DNA of 64,000 bases from Nageia nagi. Lineage: Eukaryota; Plantae; Pinophyta. Shown piece by piece: positions 1-15,469 of the stretch (within the stretch, counting starts at the first letter, position 1; the number at the start of each line of letters is the position of its first letter). The translations under genes and the position numbers were made by a program. The notes beneath the pieces are model-generated. The model was not told the DNA's origin, made no database searches, and saw only the letters and a program-made list of their open reading frames with translations. The stretch is from contig JBITNC010000001.1 of assembly GCA_050084985.1 (NCBI GenBank), forward strand, positions 95,728,001 to 95,792,000. The letters are read 5' to 3'.

Positions 1-2819
1 TATTTTGTATGTTTGTCAAAATAAATGTTGAAAATTATGAATAGGTAGAGTTTGGCTTATCTGTATAAGCACTATTCACAAGATCATGAAATGAACTTTG
101 CATGTAAGAAATTCAAATTAGGTAAACAATTACATGAGGTATTATTTATAAACAAAAATCTAATTTTCTTAGTTGGATTTTATGATATTTACTCTAACTA
201 GTGCATAATGTTTTTAAGATTTTTCATTCTTGAAGCTTAGTTCCTAAGTCTAAATTTATTCCATGAGTTTTATATAATGATCCTATATGGATTTGTCAGT
301 TTAATCTTAGTAAATACCTTTATATATTTAAGTCTAACTATGAGGATATGGGGATACTAGGTAAGGGTATAGAAAGATTATTTCTCTTCGAATTCACTCA
401 ACTTACCATGATAAATTTGAGAGAGTTTGTTTAACCTAAATAAGACTTTTCTTCAATCCTCATTATTCAAAGTAACTCCACCAGGGACATGGATGCCTAA
501 TTGGTAGTGGTGGAAATGCTTCAAAGTTAGTGGTATGTCTATAGAGGCTATAAACACCTAGGTGGAAGTAGTGTTAATGGTTAGTGTGAAAAGTACCAAG
601 GGTGCATATGGTTTTATATGTACACATGTCTAGAGTACTTGAAGATAATCACTACTTTTGGTCAGAAAGGTTAGTACCTCATACCCAACATTAGCCATGA
701 TGACTATTCTTGTATACTTGTACATAGAAAGCCAAAGAAAAATTATCATCTTATCCTATATTGATTTATCCCTTTTCCAAGATCATTATAACAAACTTAA
801 GACATATCAACCATGTCATTTTAAAGATATTAAAGGACTATAGTAGAGAAATTGTCATAAAATTTTAAAGGAGTATTAAAAAGGTCTTTATCTTTTGAAA
901 CCTCATTATCTTTAACCTAATTGATATTTCTTAACAAATTTTATTTCTTTACAAAATAAGCACACTCAAAATATTTATTAGGAAAATAACATTTGTTCAT
1001 CTTTTTCAACCCTTTGTTGTTAATTTATGCATTTTTAATAAACTTGAGATACTAGGATCTTTATCTTGATCAAGATCAAGTCGTCCCCAAACAAAGCCAA
1101 TATTACCACCTAAAATATATAGGTATGTAAATTCTTAAAAAGTTTCATAAAGTGATCTCCAAAAAAAAAAAATATAAAGGAAAAAAATTCAAAAAAATCA
1201 TTCATTTTAAGTGTTTTCTAGTTGGTCAAATCAAGTTGACCTCCAACATCACTGTTACCCTCTTTGTTTCGACTAACTATTTTTATTTTGACCATTTTTC
1301 ATTGGTCAAGTTGAGTTAACTATCAACAATTATGTCATAGCCTCTTTCATTCCAACTAACTATTTTTATTTTTTCTTTTTTCAATTAGTTGGATAGATAA
1401 TGTCATCAACAAAATCTTTTGTGTTATCATTGACCTCCCCGGTTTTACCAACTAATTTGTATTTTTTCAAAAATGTATTCCTATTTATTATATTGATAGG
1501 AAGGTTAACATTTCTCATCATCAACCCCTCCTATTCAACCTATGTATTCTAATTAGTCAAATCAAGTGTCTTATCAAGCTTTGACCTACATGCACCTAGT
1601 TAATCATCTCAACCTAGTCAACCAATTTACTAAGATATCATTTCTTTAGCTAGGATCAAGTTAATCTACTAAAAATATGTTATTTAAAATTATCATCTTA
1701 CTCAATCCAACAAACATATTCCTCTTGGTTAGATATAGTTACTTATCAATCAAGATTCCACCATGCACATCTAGTCAGTGACTTTGACATGACCAATGCA
1801 TTTTGGCCTTAGCATGCAACCCTAATTATTTTGATCCATAAATATAGTACACTATGTATTATCATATCCATACCATGTTTCCCTTCCATATCATCCATCA
1901 CCTATACATATGAGGTCCCTCCACAGTAGCCTATAAGAGGTTGAATCAAGTGCAAGGTCAAGGATTTGGAGTTCAAATTTTTTGAATCAAAGAAATGCCT
2001 AATTTGACTTTGTTAACCTCATCTTAGATCCAATTCAAGGAATAAGGTAAATCAAGTATTTACATTGGTCAGATCTAAGAGAATGATGATAAGAAAATAT
2101 TGAGGTAACATCTTAAACCTTTTTTTTCGATCTGACTACTAATTTTGTGCTTTCAGGTGATCAAAAGGACTTGGAAGATTCCAAGTTAGATAACTATGAA
2201 GAATCAAGGTAATTTTTTCTAATGGATATTATGGGTTAGATAAAAAAAAATGACAAAAAAGAAAATATGAAACTTATTGACAATCATATTAACCTATTTT
2301 ATATCTTTTGGACTTCGATTTTTTATGATTAACTATAAAAAATAACAAATACTGTTAATAATCAAGGTTTCTTTTAAGTGTGATTCCTCAAAAAATATTA
2401 TTTTTATGATTTATAAAATAATTTGAGGAGTAGAATGCTTTTTTAAATCATCAAAATTTTATGGCAAAAAAATCTAAAATCATTTAAAAAAATGAAATTG
2501 AAATAGCCATCTCCAAGAAAATAAAAATTAAAAATAAAATTAAAATCACTAAAAAAAATTTAATCATAAAAATTACCTAGATATCATAATTAAAAATTTT
2601 TATGTTGTACATATTACCAAAATTTAATAAATATTATTTATATTTTTTCCTAAAAATTTGAAATCAATAAAAGCCAAAGTCTGAATCTCGAATTCTCTAA
2701 ACCTGTTGGATTTGACTACTCATTTTGGGTGCTCCATAACATGTACGAATCTTCAAAGCCCAAATAATATTATACTATGGACATTCAAATTTTTTTTATT
2801 TTAGTAGATCTATTATTGA

Positions 2820-3400
2820 AGATGGCACTGCCAATCATACCTTTCAAAGACCCATTAATTCCCAACTATAGTGGCAAATAGAGGTGAGATCCAATATCAG
2901 ATGTGTACACAATCATAGCCAGAAGATCTATTTATTTGACATTAAATTTGAAATTAAGAGAAATAAAAAAAACAAAATAACAAAGATGTTATTTGTAAAG
3001 GTCCTAAAATGTGGAACATAAAGACAAAAGGTAAAATTTTGAAGTATCCGCATGAATAAATACCATCTCAATACAACACCAATCAAATACGATATCTCAA
3101 AATATGATGGCCAATAAGTCATCTTCTTATTCGCCACTGATTGCTAACACCTTATGTTCCAGATTGGAGATCAAACTTGACTATAAAATGCATCGTACCA
3201 CCATAAATCTCAAACTTAATAGTCTTAATATTTTGATCCTATTTGATTACATTCCTACACCACTGCTTTAATAAAGTTTTATGGGAAGATAGAGAAAATT
3301 ACTTTCACACCTGCATTTTGCTGAACATTAGAGTAAAAGGACCCCTTGGTCTTCAAGCTCAACTATTGTTATTCGGATTTAGACTTGGACCTCCCTAATC
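2820..3400 (+). mobile_element. very decayed LINE ORF1 (DUF4283-like) remnant
   Basis: Broken translation ...WQIEVRS...KFE...KDVICKGPxMWN resembles the L1 ORF1 RRM region. Confidence 0.25.
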
Positions 3401-3533
3401 CTTGATCTTCATGGACAATGCAAACAAGTTCTGTCTCTTTAGCATTTTCCTCTTCTTCTCATTTGCTAGTGTAATCCTATCAAGCTCGTGTGCCTCACAT
3501 GAAGAGTCATTTGCAACTGGCCCCCTAAATGTG

Positions 3534-3561
3534 ATATATATATATATATATATAATATATA
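3534..3561. repeat. (TA)n microsatellite
   Basis: Run of TA dinucleotides. Confidence 0.8.
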
Positions 3562-3809
3562 TTAATTAGTTGGAGATGTGGGAATTGATATGCTCTATTG
3601 AAATAAATATGTCAAAGCTTGTTTGGGGCCAAGATGCTCACCACTTGCTACTGGTGATGGTGGGTCCCAATTTCTCGGGTTACAAATTCCCAGTGAGAAA
3701 GTCACCATCATGTTACCATATGATGAACATCAAAGGTGGGAATACTTTATATTTGAATTTATGTGTGAGCTAGTGGATTCAAAAATGGGTTTTCAATGAA
3801 TATTATGGT

Positions 3810-4310
3810 GTGATTATTATGAATGCGTTGATAGCCATGTATGCAAAATATGGAAGAATACATAATAACCATGAATTATCTGACAAGATGAATGATGCAA
3901 CAATAATTTCATGGAATGCAATGATCATGGGATATGCACCAAATAGGTTTTATTAGAATACCTAGAAACTTTTAAGCAAATACAATTTTTAGGAGTAAAT
4001 CTAGACTCTACAACATTTTCCAACATTTTTCCAACATATGCCACCATGGGAGCTCAATGAGGAGGTATGGGCATCCATGAAACAATAGTTGAAAATGTTT
4101 TATCATTGTATGTTGTGGTTTTTATTTCCTTGATAGCCATGTATGCAAAATGTAGAAGAATACATAGGGTTTAGGAATTTTTTGACAAGAAACATGATGT
4201 AGATACAATTTCATGGAATGCAATAATCACAAAATGGGTTTTCTAAAAAGGACCTATCCATAATCTACAAACTTTGTGAGCATTTTTCCATAATGTGCCC
4301 ATTACCACCA
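3810..4310 (+). pseudogene. PLS-class pentatricopeptide repeat (PPR) gene fragment
   Basis: Conceptual translation NALIAMYAKYGRIH..ELSDKM..IISWNAMIMGYA..ETFKQ..GVNLDSTTF..SLIAMYAKCRRIH..FFDK..TISWNAII, with stops and frameshifts. Confidence 0.85.
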
Positions 4311-4547
4311 TGTGCATATCTCAATGCAAAAATCCCCTTTGCAGGAATAGGTAAGCAAATGGGATAGTTAATAGGTTTTCAAATGGATTTTATTCTCAAA
4401 GATTTCCTTGTAAATGTTAGTCTATGAAAGCGTATAGTGTGTATATTGTATTATAGGAGATTTTGATTGGAAGTGGTATCTACCTTTCATTAAATATTAT
4501 TTAAAATTTCAAGTTATATATAGATTTTATATTAAAACTCGTAGATA

Positions 4548-4606
4548 ATCTAGAATCTAGGACCTCACTATTGACACATGCTCTCTACCACTGAGCTACA
4601 GACCCC
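4548..4606 (-). pseudogene. tRNA-derived relic (pseudo-tRNA or SINE head)
   Basis: The minus strand reads GGGGTCTGTAGCTCAGTGGTAGAGAGCATGTG...GAGGTCCTAGATTCTAG. It has an intact Pol III box A/D-arm and a decayed box B, but no valid anticodon arm or acceptor stem. Confidence 0.6.
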
Positions 4607-6139
4607 TATTGCATTGCTTGATTATATTTCATGCACTATGGGTTGATATCCAATACCTCCTCTCAAGTCATGGATTGGATTTAAAACACTTAGTTTTTCT
4701 CATATAATGTTACAACCTATAGACCTAATATGAGTCAAACCACCGATCCATAAGGCCTGTTCAATTACTTTTCCAAAAGTGTCGATTAGCTTCCAATAGT
4801 TTATGTATGTTACAATATACTTTGGGTTTAGATGAATAGAAAATATTCAATGTACCATTAAATTTGTTGAAATTCAATGAAAAAAATTTAAACTATAGAT
4901 TGAAAGGCAATAGAAAACTTTAAATTGTATATTGAAAGGAAATGGAAAACTTTAATCATAGAAAAATAAATTCTTTGACATGTAATTTTATTTTGGAATT
5001 CTAGCCCTCCTCCAAAAATGTCTGGACCATGTCATTCCTACAAAATGGACCTAACCATTGGTGTCATTCCTCCAAAACAAACCATGTCATTGATGCCATT
5101 TACATTCCTTTTTCTATCGTTAGGATCCACTTGGAGTTGCCTTGGTAATTTTTGATCAAATTTTGAGCCATCATTGACTTCCTTATGTTTTATTAATATT
5201 ATTAAAATTAATATTAATGGTTATTCATTTTTAATAATCATTAATATCATTAAAATCTTTTTAATGTTATAATTTTAATATTATTAATATTAATGATTAT
5301 TGTAATCATTATTATTAGTAATATTAATATTATTACAATCTTAAAATTATCTTATTAGTTAATTAGTAACTCCAACTAATTAATTAATTATTTAATTAAA
5401 ATGAGTTGAGTATTAATGATTCTCAAATCTATTTAAAAGTTTTATGCTTGTAAATTTCTATTCACAATTCAATTGATGAAGGGTGAATGCCCTAAAATTA
5501 ATCTTGAACCTTCAATGAAAATTTGTACTATTTTCCTCCATTAAAAAATTGTAGTGTTATAGTCTCTGAAACTCTCCTCCATTGCTAATTTGTTCCATTT
5601 TCTTACTCTCAAAAGTTGTCAATGATAATAAAATATTTTTTAATATATTCTAGTTACCATAAAAAATTATATTTATACACAATAATGTTAAGTACATTAC
5701 ATGCTTGTAAGTTAATTGTATATTATTGATAGTAAGTGGAAGTTTGAAAAGCACGTAGGATGGAAGTCCAGTCTCTATTTATTCTAAAAATGAAGATCAA
5801 TTGCATTTGAAATATAAACACTTTGATAATTAGTAAATACTTTTAAGAATTATTTTATAGAGATTGCTTGTGATTATAAATTTTGTATGAAAATGTGTAT
5901 CATTTACATGGTCAAATGCTTTGATCATTTATCACCAATGTTGATTGTGATATGAATTGTTATCGATGTTATATTTAGGAAATTTTTAATTTTAGGAATC
6001 ACCTTTTTTCTATAATTTTTTTACCTAATTTTTGGAATTATCTTCACTATACATACTTCTACAAGAATCGCCAACCTACAAATCATAATCATCTTGTTTA
6101 TATAATTAGAAATTATATTTTTTTTCTTAAAATGAACCT

Positions 6140-6400
6140 TGGTGTGAGGGTAATTATGAAACCATTTTGATGTTTCATCGTTCAAAATCCTAAGATATAA
6201 CCTAGCTATTAACTTACTATCATATCCAAATTTGATATTACATTCTTCTTGGAAGGTTAAAGATGTTATTTTGGATCACCCTACCCAATAGACAAATCAT
6301 AATTTAGATTTTAATAGTGTTTTGGCATTGAAGCTTTGAAAAATTACCATGAAATAGGACTTTGAATTGTACCATCAAATCCATATTCAACCTCATATTT
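6140..6400 (-). mobile_element. decayed gypsy (Tat/Ogre-like) gag fragment
   Basis: The minus strand gives IG*GDPK*HL...IARL...DETSKWF, matching the retrotransposon gag YxGxGDPxxHL...AxxWF pattern. Confidence 0.4.
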
Positions 6401-8586
6401 TTTTCCATTAATGATTCCATCCTTTTTATTTTTTTCATTGATTCCACTATTTCTGAATCTAATTTTTTTTTTACCTAGTTGCCCATTATAGTTTTGGATT
6501 TATGTTGACTATTATTCTAGCTACCATTTTGACTATCATTATGATTATTATTTTTGGATGTGTAATATGTTTTCCATTCTTTCATTTTTTAACATAGATA
6601 AGATCTAGATATAATGCAAATAGGTGAGTTCATTGAAAATATAGATAAATAAAATTGAATTTGTAATATTATAATTAGCAAAAAATAATTTTATTTGCTA
6701 ATGAAAAATAGATATAATAATATGGCATATTTTCAAAACTATGGTAGATAAGAGATCTATGATAAATTGAATAAATGATGCGTAAGAATCCTATATCTAG
6801 CATGAATCAACATGAAAAATAACACTTGTACACTTGATTTGGAAGAATATAACCTCTTGGTGAAGCTTCCAAAACTCTCTCAAATGATTTTATAAACTAG
6901 ATTTTTGGAGAGATTTTAGCACTTATCTTGGATATTTCAAGGCTTACCTAACTAACCTCTATGATCATTAATCTCTACCCATATGTTAATGGATAAAAAG
7001 AAAAACAAAAATAAAGAATAACTCAAAATATATATTTGGTACCTAAAATAGATAAATAAATATCATAAAAAACCTCAAAATTTAAACCAAAAGCCATAAA
7101 AAAATTTTGAAGCTTGAAAAAATCAATAAAAGGATTGATGGTGATCTTTTTCTTTAATAACTTTATGAATATGCAAGTTGCAGATACTATTATATGATCT
7201 TAAGGCTTTGACTCTAAGGCTTGCACATGAGATGACTTAACTTTAAACTCTCTATTTAAGTACAAACTAACTTCCAACTTAATATAAGATTATATATCTT
7301 TTTCAATAAATTATCTTCATATTGGTGATCATGAAGAGCTTGCACATTAAGAGATATGGTAATTTGAATCTTTTCTCATCAAGGAGGTTGATATTTTGAA
7401 ATGATATTGAGCTTGTTATTTATACTTAAACATGATTTAAATTTGGATTAGTCGACTTCATCTTATAAAATTTTAACTTATTTTATTATTATTCCCTTCA
7501 AAATAATAAATCATTCTAGATACATAAATTTGATATTTATTTAAATATGAAAATCAAATGTATATGTCTATAAATACCACAATTAAAATATTGATTCAAA
7601 CTTATCTCTTTTGGTGAGATGCTAATAGATATTTTGAACTGTAGTGAATTTGAAGAGTTATTCTTTTTTTATGAGGTGGCAATAAATATTTTAAGCTTTA
7701 TTGAGTTTGAATAGTTATTGTCTTTTGGTAAGGTGGAAAATATATTTATTATTTTATTCAATATTATTATTGAGTAAAATTTACTCAAAAGTGATGAGCT
7801 AAAAGTAGTTTTATTTAATGCATGTAGTAGGGTAGTTCAATAGTTAGTAAGGTAGTTGAATATTTTTGTATAAATATAAGTTGAAGAGAAGTTGGGAATA
7901 AGTATTGGCTAAGTTGGTAAGAGATAAATGTTGATCTCTTTGGTGTTATATTGTAACAACCATGTATTTTTTAAGAGTAAATTAATTAACAAAAAATTAG
8001 TTTTTGAAAGAGTCCCCATCCCATTTATAAAAATTGTCAACAGATATCCTTGAAGCTCAAAGATGGATTATACACAAATTTTCAACAAAAGGATCATCTT
8101 ATCCTTTTTGTATGGTGTAAATGCTATGAGATATATACAACAAGAGACAAAATACATCTAAATGTTATGTCTTGTACTTTTCCTCTTGCAATGGGTCTCC
8201 CCTCCCTTCAGTATTATTAAATTTGTAAAAGGATTTTTGCATTTCATGCTTCTTAAATAGTACCTTTTAGCATCCATATTTTGTGGCTACTCTTTCTTTG
8301 AACTATTTTCTTCTAGACTCTCATTGTAGTCTCTAAATAATGATTTACAATAAAGGAATAGAATGAAATAAATACCTCAAATACAGTACAATCACTTATC
8401 TAAAACTTAAGGCCTATAATTTAGAAAGTGTGCACCTAGTGTAATAGCAATCATGAAGATGTAGTTAGAGATGTAGAGGATTAGATCGAACCTAGAAAGA
8501 ATCATCAAGAGTATATAATGAATTGGATTAGTTCTTGTTATCCCTCAATTTATCATTTCATTCATCAAGGAAGAACATTGCATGCA

Positions 8587-11500
8587 TGATCCATAATAAT
8601 CATATACTATAGCATACTCAAATCCTCACTTATAGATTCAAATGAAAAAAATATTCACCATTATGAGACCCATAAAATTGCATATAAATTCAAAATTACA
8701 CAATGTAAAGCTTCAAATTAATAATCTAAAAATATACAACAAGATCAACATAATGATTTACCCTGGTTCGCCCAATGTGGGCTAATCCAACATGGAATTG
8801 GATCCTTCACTTCTCATTGTCTATGGATATTATAATATTACATGCATAGAGAAATACCATCAAAATAGTGCCAATACCATCTCATATAAAACTACTACAA
8901 TCTCCTACAATAAGAAGAATAATTTCAAGACTACAAAAATTTTGGAATGACTCTTGGTCTTTCTTCAAATCTTTACAATCCCAAAATCCTAAAAAAACTC
9001 TCTAAAACTCTATTGTTTTCCCTTCATGGATGTTAAATAAGAGAGTAGCATGCCATTAAATAAGCTTGAAAATATCTCCAAGATGTCAGTTGAAGACATT
9101 GAATCACTCAGCTTCCAAAAATGTTAATTTCCCTTCAACTTCCCCTACTAACTCATCAAGATGCATGTCATTAATAGCTTATTGCACATCATTGACAATG
9201 TGGTTCTATACATATATTAACTCCATATTTTAGTATTTAGTCTATATCCAAGCATAGATACCTCTAGAATGAGTACTAATCCTATAAAGAAAAACTTAAC
9301 ATGATTCAATTCAGATCACACCTCCCTAAAGAGAAGGCATTGGTCCCCCAAATGCATAGATGAGGATACAACTCCCCAACTCTAGAATTTTCCATCCACT
9401 TGGTTTTATTAGGATTTTGTCCCTTCAATCCAACTAACCATAACTCTATCTCACCTCTTGTTGTATCACAAACCTCCTTTTGTAATATAGAATCCTCTTT
9501 GAGTTCATCCATAGTATTAGGAACTAAGTCATCAAGAGATGGTAAAATCTGATTTGAACTTGCTTCATCTTCATTCAACATATATGGCTTATACAATTTC
9601 AAATGTTCCACATTCACAACTAAATAGATGTTCATATATATCGATAGCTTCAATATAAAAGCATTCTCACTTACTTGCTCCATAATCTTAAATGGTCGAT
9701 ACCTTATAGGTTTCAACTTTTTGGCTATTCCTTGCAACCTCTCTTTACTAAGATGCAACCAAACATGGTCTCCCACATGAAACTTATGGTCAACTCTATA
9801 TTTTTCATATCTCATATTGTACTTGGCTTAGAATGTCTTAATTCACTCTTGGAATTTCAAATGATTTTTTTAATCTCTTCAACAAACTTTTCAGCTTGCT
9901 TGTCCTCTTTCTCAAGTGAATCTTCTTCATCCTTTTGCTATCCAAATACATAATCAAAAGGTGAAGATGGTAGATAACCAAAATAAGTATAAAAAGGAAT
10001 CTTATTAGGGGAATAATGATTTTTCCCTATTGTATGAATGTTGGATATATTCAAGATGTTCATTCCAAGACTTAGAATGCTTGCCACAATAACCCCTTAA
10101 GAGTTTAACCATTTTCCTATTCACCACCTTAGTTTTTCCATCTATTTGATGATGAAAGGAAGTACTCCTCTTCAACCTTGTATCCATATTTTCCCACAAA
10201 CATGTCCAAAACTTGCCCAAAAATCTATTATCTCTATTTAAAATAATACAAGTATTCAATCCAAAATGAACCCAAACATGAGATAAGAACAAACTTGCAA
10301 CAACTTATTATGTTATAGTCTTCTTACATGGAATCAAAACACTCATCTTGCTAAATCTACAAATAACAACAAATAAATAGTCACGATCCTTCTTAATCAT
10401 ATGTAATCCTCCATAAAATCCATTGAGATACACTCCCATAGATGTGAAGGTACTGGAAGTGGTTGATACAAACCCAATTTTCTATTACTTGGCTTATGGG
10501 TGTAACACAAAAATATCCCCTTATGTACTTGATAACTTGATCTTGAATCTTTGGCCAATATACATATTTTTACAAATTGTATAATGTCTTTCTAACCTCA
10601 AAATGTCCTACAATATTTGAAGTATGTGCTTCTATAATTAGTCCAATCCTTTCACCTATAGGTACACATAATGCATTAAAATAATAAATAAGTTCATTTT
10701 GTAAATGAAAATCATCCAAGCCCTCATACTTGGACCTAGATGAAGAGAACTACTCATACACCTCCCCAAAGTTAGGATCATGCACATATGCCTCTAAAAA
10801 TGACTCAAATAGAAAAAGAAAAGATTTTAGCATTGAGAGGGAACTCATTGGATCTCATTTGCATGTTGTTAATAGCATAAAATTAGTACTACATACCACT
10901 AACGATGTGGAAAACTATAGTTACTGTGGTTTGGAAAGTATTTTAGCAACCTTATTCTATGTTCCTTTTTTATACTTGATCACTAGATGAAATTGTTATA
11001 GAAATCTCATCCATATATATTGTCTAGTTTGTTGCAATTTTGATTGAGTTTGTAAATACTTTAATGGTTGATGATCAATATGAATGATTGTTTCTTTCCC
11101 CATTAAGTAATGTTTCCATTTGAATATCTTGAACCAATGCACACATTTCCTTATCATAGGTAGGAAAATTCAAAATAGCCCCACTAAATTTTTCATAATG
11201 ATACCAAATTGGTTTACCTTCTTATAAAATAAAACAACTCCCATGGCATAGTCACTTACATTAGTCTCCACTTTAAATAGATTATGACAATTAGGAAGTG
11301 CTAGCATGTGTGCATTAACAATCTTTTGCTTCAAAGTATTAAAAGATGTTTGTTGTTGCTTTCCATATTGGAAAAACTTTCTCAAATATTGGATAACACC
11401 TAAGAAACTCCTTACTTTAGTTACATTAGTTGGACTTGGCCAATATACTATAACACTTACTTAATAGGATCTATCTTAAGTTGTCCATGACTAATAACAT

Positions 11501-14500
11501 GGCCCAATTACACCAAAGACTCTTTGCCAAACTCACATTTTAAATGTTTCAACAACAACTTCTCCCTATGCAAATCCTGAAACACTTATCTAAAATGTAC
11601 AACATGTTCTTCCATAGTAAAACTATACATAAAAATATGATCTAAGTATACAACAATAAAAGAATCAATAAATGGATGAAGTGCACCATTCATTACCCTC
11701 ATAAATGTGGGTAGTGTATTGTACAAATCAAATGGAAAAACAAGCCACTCAAATAGGCCTTGTCTTATCTTGAAATCAATCTTCCAAATTTCATCCTCCT
11801 TGATTCAAGCTTGGTGATATCCACTCCTCAAGTCCAACTTAGTGAAGAATCTTTCCAATTTCAAATGATCCAAAAGATCATCTATTTGAGGCAAAGGATA
11901 GTGATTTTTTATTATGATTTTGTTAAGTTATTTATATTCAATACACATCCTCAAAGTTTGGTCCTTCTTGGGAACCAAAATAATAAGTGATCCACATGGA
12001 TATGTACTTGATCTGATCACACCTTAATCAACCACCTCTTGAATCTACCTATTTATCTCCTCTTGCTTCAAAATTTATTATCGATACAAAGCTATGTTGG
12101 GAAATGAAGCATCAAGTAACAACTTAATATCACATTTTATATCTTGCATAGGAAAAAATCCTTATGGTTCTATAAATAATTCAATAAACTCCCAAACCAA
12201 ATTCTGCATTTGTTCTTTTATGTTGCACATTATTAATGGCCTATAGTTAGTATTGCATGCTATTGACAACATGAGATTCACCTCACCTAGGATCATATTT
12301 TCACCATGATCAAAATAAACTTTTGAAAAGCATTCATAAGATATTTTACCTAACTAGCAACAACCAAAGGTATCTTTTCCTTCTTTTATGTGTACTAGCC
12401 AGAAACACCTTTCCATCTTTCACCCATTGTAATTTTTTCAATCTTCTATAATAAGTATCATCTTTATCCCACATATAAAGGTTACCAAAAATAACACCAC
12501 AAATTTCTAAAGGAACAACATCAATCACATCTTCATCAATGTACTTTACATAAATAGCAAATTTCAACTTACATTGTTTAGTGACTTGCAAACTAGCATT
12601 ACAATGCACCCAACCCAAAGGATATGGATTTGGATGGTAAAAGTTTCCAATCCCAAATTACTTACCATAGATTCTGAAATCAAATTTGCTTGAGAACCCA
12701 AATACACAATGCAATCTACTTTAGTTTTTTCATTTTGGATTTTGAGGTGGAACAATTGAATCCTTTATTCTTTAATATCTTGAGATTCTTTGATCTTTTG
12801 AATGGCTGAACAATTTATTCTCTCATAAGTATCTAAACTTCCCTCAATATCCTCACATTTAAAACCCTAACATTAGTTTTCTCCCTATTCTTATGCTTAT
12901 ATGGATATAATTTTGGATTAATTTTCTAACATTTATCATCAACATGATCATATTTATCACAATGACTACAATGCCTATTATCACCTTCTTCCTTTTTCAA
13001 AGTATTAGTGATCTTATTTTCTTGCTTACCTTTGCCTTTATCTCAAGATTTCCTTTTCTCTCGTCCTCTCCTTGAATTAGAAGCCTTCTTGGATTCATCA
13101 TATTATCTCCTTACTTTACCATCCTCCTCTAACTATATGCTTGCACACACACTTGATCAAGATTAGTATGATTAAACAACATGATAGTATTTTGCAAATG
13201 ACTATGTAAACCTCTAATGTACTTCATCAAAGTTTGAGGATCTTTTAGTGAAACCCTAAGCAAAGTAGCTTATTTCCTAAATTTTGTAGTGTACTCTTGA
13301 ACTATTTTTCCTCTTTATTGTCTAAAGAATTAGCATTTCATCAATTTTTTATTATGATGCTCCAATGGATAAAATTGATCTCTTAACAACTCTCCAAATT
13401 CATTCCAAGAAGATACTTCCAATAAGTATTCATGACTAAGAGTTTTTACATGGCTTTCCCACCAAACTAAAGCATGTCCACCCATATTTAATCTAGCAAA
13501 AAAGATTTTATCAACATCATTTACAACACCATGAATTTAGAAATAAACCTCCAATTGTTCAACTTTTTAGCATCAACCTCTCCTCCAAAAGTAGGAATGT
13601 CCACTTTGGCCTCCAAAATGAATGGAACTCAATTTTATGAAGATGATAAATCATCTCTTCCAACTTCATTTTGATGTCTCTGATTGACATTTATATTTGC
13701 TCCAATAACCAACAAGTCATCCAAATGAGCCAAATGATTCTCCATTTCCAAAAATCTTCTTTTAAAATTAGCATCTATCATGGTACAAACAACATACTAT
13801 TTCTCCTTTTAATCATCCATTTCTATCACTTTGCACCTTTGAACAACCTTAGGATCCTTTGGAATCAATTCTGGTCTTTGAGATCTCCTCCCGAACATCA
13901 AAAAGCATGTAGTTGGAGGCCTAAAATTATCAAAACTTTGGCCCCAAATTTTGCACACATAAGCTCTGATACCACATGATCTATAATCATTGAATGCTTA
14001 TAGCATACCCATCAAATTGCATATAAATTTGAAATTACACAATATAAAGCTATAAATTAATAATCTTAAAACACACAACAAGATCAATACAATGATTTAC
14101 TCTCGTTCACCCAATGTGGACTAATCTAGCATGGAATTGGAGCCTTCTCTTCTCATTGTATATGGACATTACAATATTACATGTATAGAGAAACACCATC
14201 AAAATAATGACAATACCATCTTCTACAATACTACTATATCTCCTCCAACAATAAGAACAATTTTAAAACTACAAAATTTTTGGAATGAATCTTGATCTTC
14301 CTTCAAATCTTTACAATCCCAAAATCCCAAAAAATCTCCCTAAAATTTCCATTATTTTCCCTTCATGGATGTTAAACAAGAGAGTAGTATGCCATTAAAT
14401 AAGCTTGAAAACATCTCCAATATTTTTGTTGAAGACATTGAACTACTCAGCTGCCCAAAATGCTAATGCACCTTCAATTTTCCCTACTAACTCATCAAGA

Positions 14501-14665
14501 TACACACTATTAATGACCTAGGAATAATGTTGCACATCATTAGTGGCATGGTTCTATACATTGATTAACTCCAAATTTTAGTCTTCAATATATCTCAAGC
14601 ATAGATACCTCTAGAATGAGTATTGCTCCTATAGAGAACAACCTGACATGATCCAATTTAGATCA
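8587..14665 (-). mobile_element. Ty3/gypsy chromovirus, CRM-like, decayed but full length; inserted in the 3' LTR of the 8325-21663 element
   Basis: LTRs 8587-9318 and 13977-14665 (TGATC...GATCA), perfect TSD ATGCA, tRNA-iMet PBS TGGTATCAGAGC at 13963-13974, PPT at 9319-9337. Remnants of gag, protease (VDCIVYLGSQANLISE), RT/RNase H (FKVETNVSDYAMG), integrase (LKRSTSFHHQIDG) and the integrase C-terminus (VGDHVWLHLSKERL). Confidence 0.92.
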
Positions 14666-14721
14666 ATGCATCATAGTTTCAAGGCATCAACATCATTGGT
14701 ATCATTCCTATTAGGTATTAG

Positions 14722-14955
14722 GGCATGTATAAATAGTAAATAGCAATATCAAGATTAGATCATAATATATTATCAGATAGGAAGTATCGAGATATTTTGG
14801 TAGTGTCATGTGAAGCAATAACAACCACCTATTAGATTGGCATGTATAAATAGTAGATAACGATATCAAGATAAGATCATAACATATTATCAAATAGGAG
14901 GTATCAAGATACTTTGGTAGTATCATGTGAAGTAATAACAACCACCTATTAGAGA
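14722..14955. repeat. 117-bp tandem duplication inside the left LTR of the LARD-like element
   Basis: GGCATGTATAAATAGT...CCACCTATTAGA occurs at 14722 and 14839, but only once in the partner LTR (~21247-21362). Confidence 0.85.
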
Positions 14956-15469
14956 GATCTAATAGGTTTATCAACCCAAGTTATTCCTTTTATATTTGAA
15001 AGACTAAAAAAAGAGGTGAAGGCCAACAATATGAAATAATAATGATAATTTTAGAAGAACATGCAATACAAATGATACTCTTAAGATAATTCTAGATATA
15101 AATATAATGAAGATATATTAGTCTTGATTAGCATATGATTCATAAATTGTTAGCACATTAGTCTTGATATTCTAGATATTTGTATGATTTAAACACTATA
15201 TTATCTATATACCTATATATAGTATGATTTAATAATAAATAGAAAATCATATTTAGGTGGCTACATTTTCCCCCTCTTTAGATACATAATGAAAGGTATT
15301 GAAATTACATAATCCAAAGAATAATAGAGAAGTATGGAAAATATACAACTGAATTTAAAGAGTACTTCCCTTAATGATGTGTGGATGTTGCTATCTTATT
15401 TCCTCTTCCATGCCCTCTTTTTGACTTGGTTGGCCCATGATCAAAGATGGAGGGGAGCCAAGACAAAAA

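Noticed and set aside
430-2700. Possible hAT remnant (~480-850) and LTR-like region with CCTATAAGAGG (~1930)
   Set aside because: Too decayed; no terminal repeats, TSD or convincing motif could be fixed.
4548-4606. Functional tRNA gene
   Set aside because: No complete cloverleaf; the anticodon arm and 3' acceptor strand are missing.
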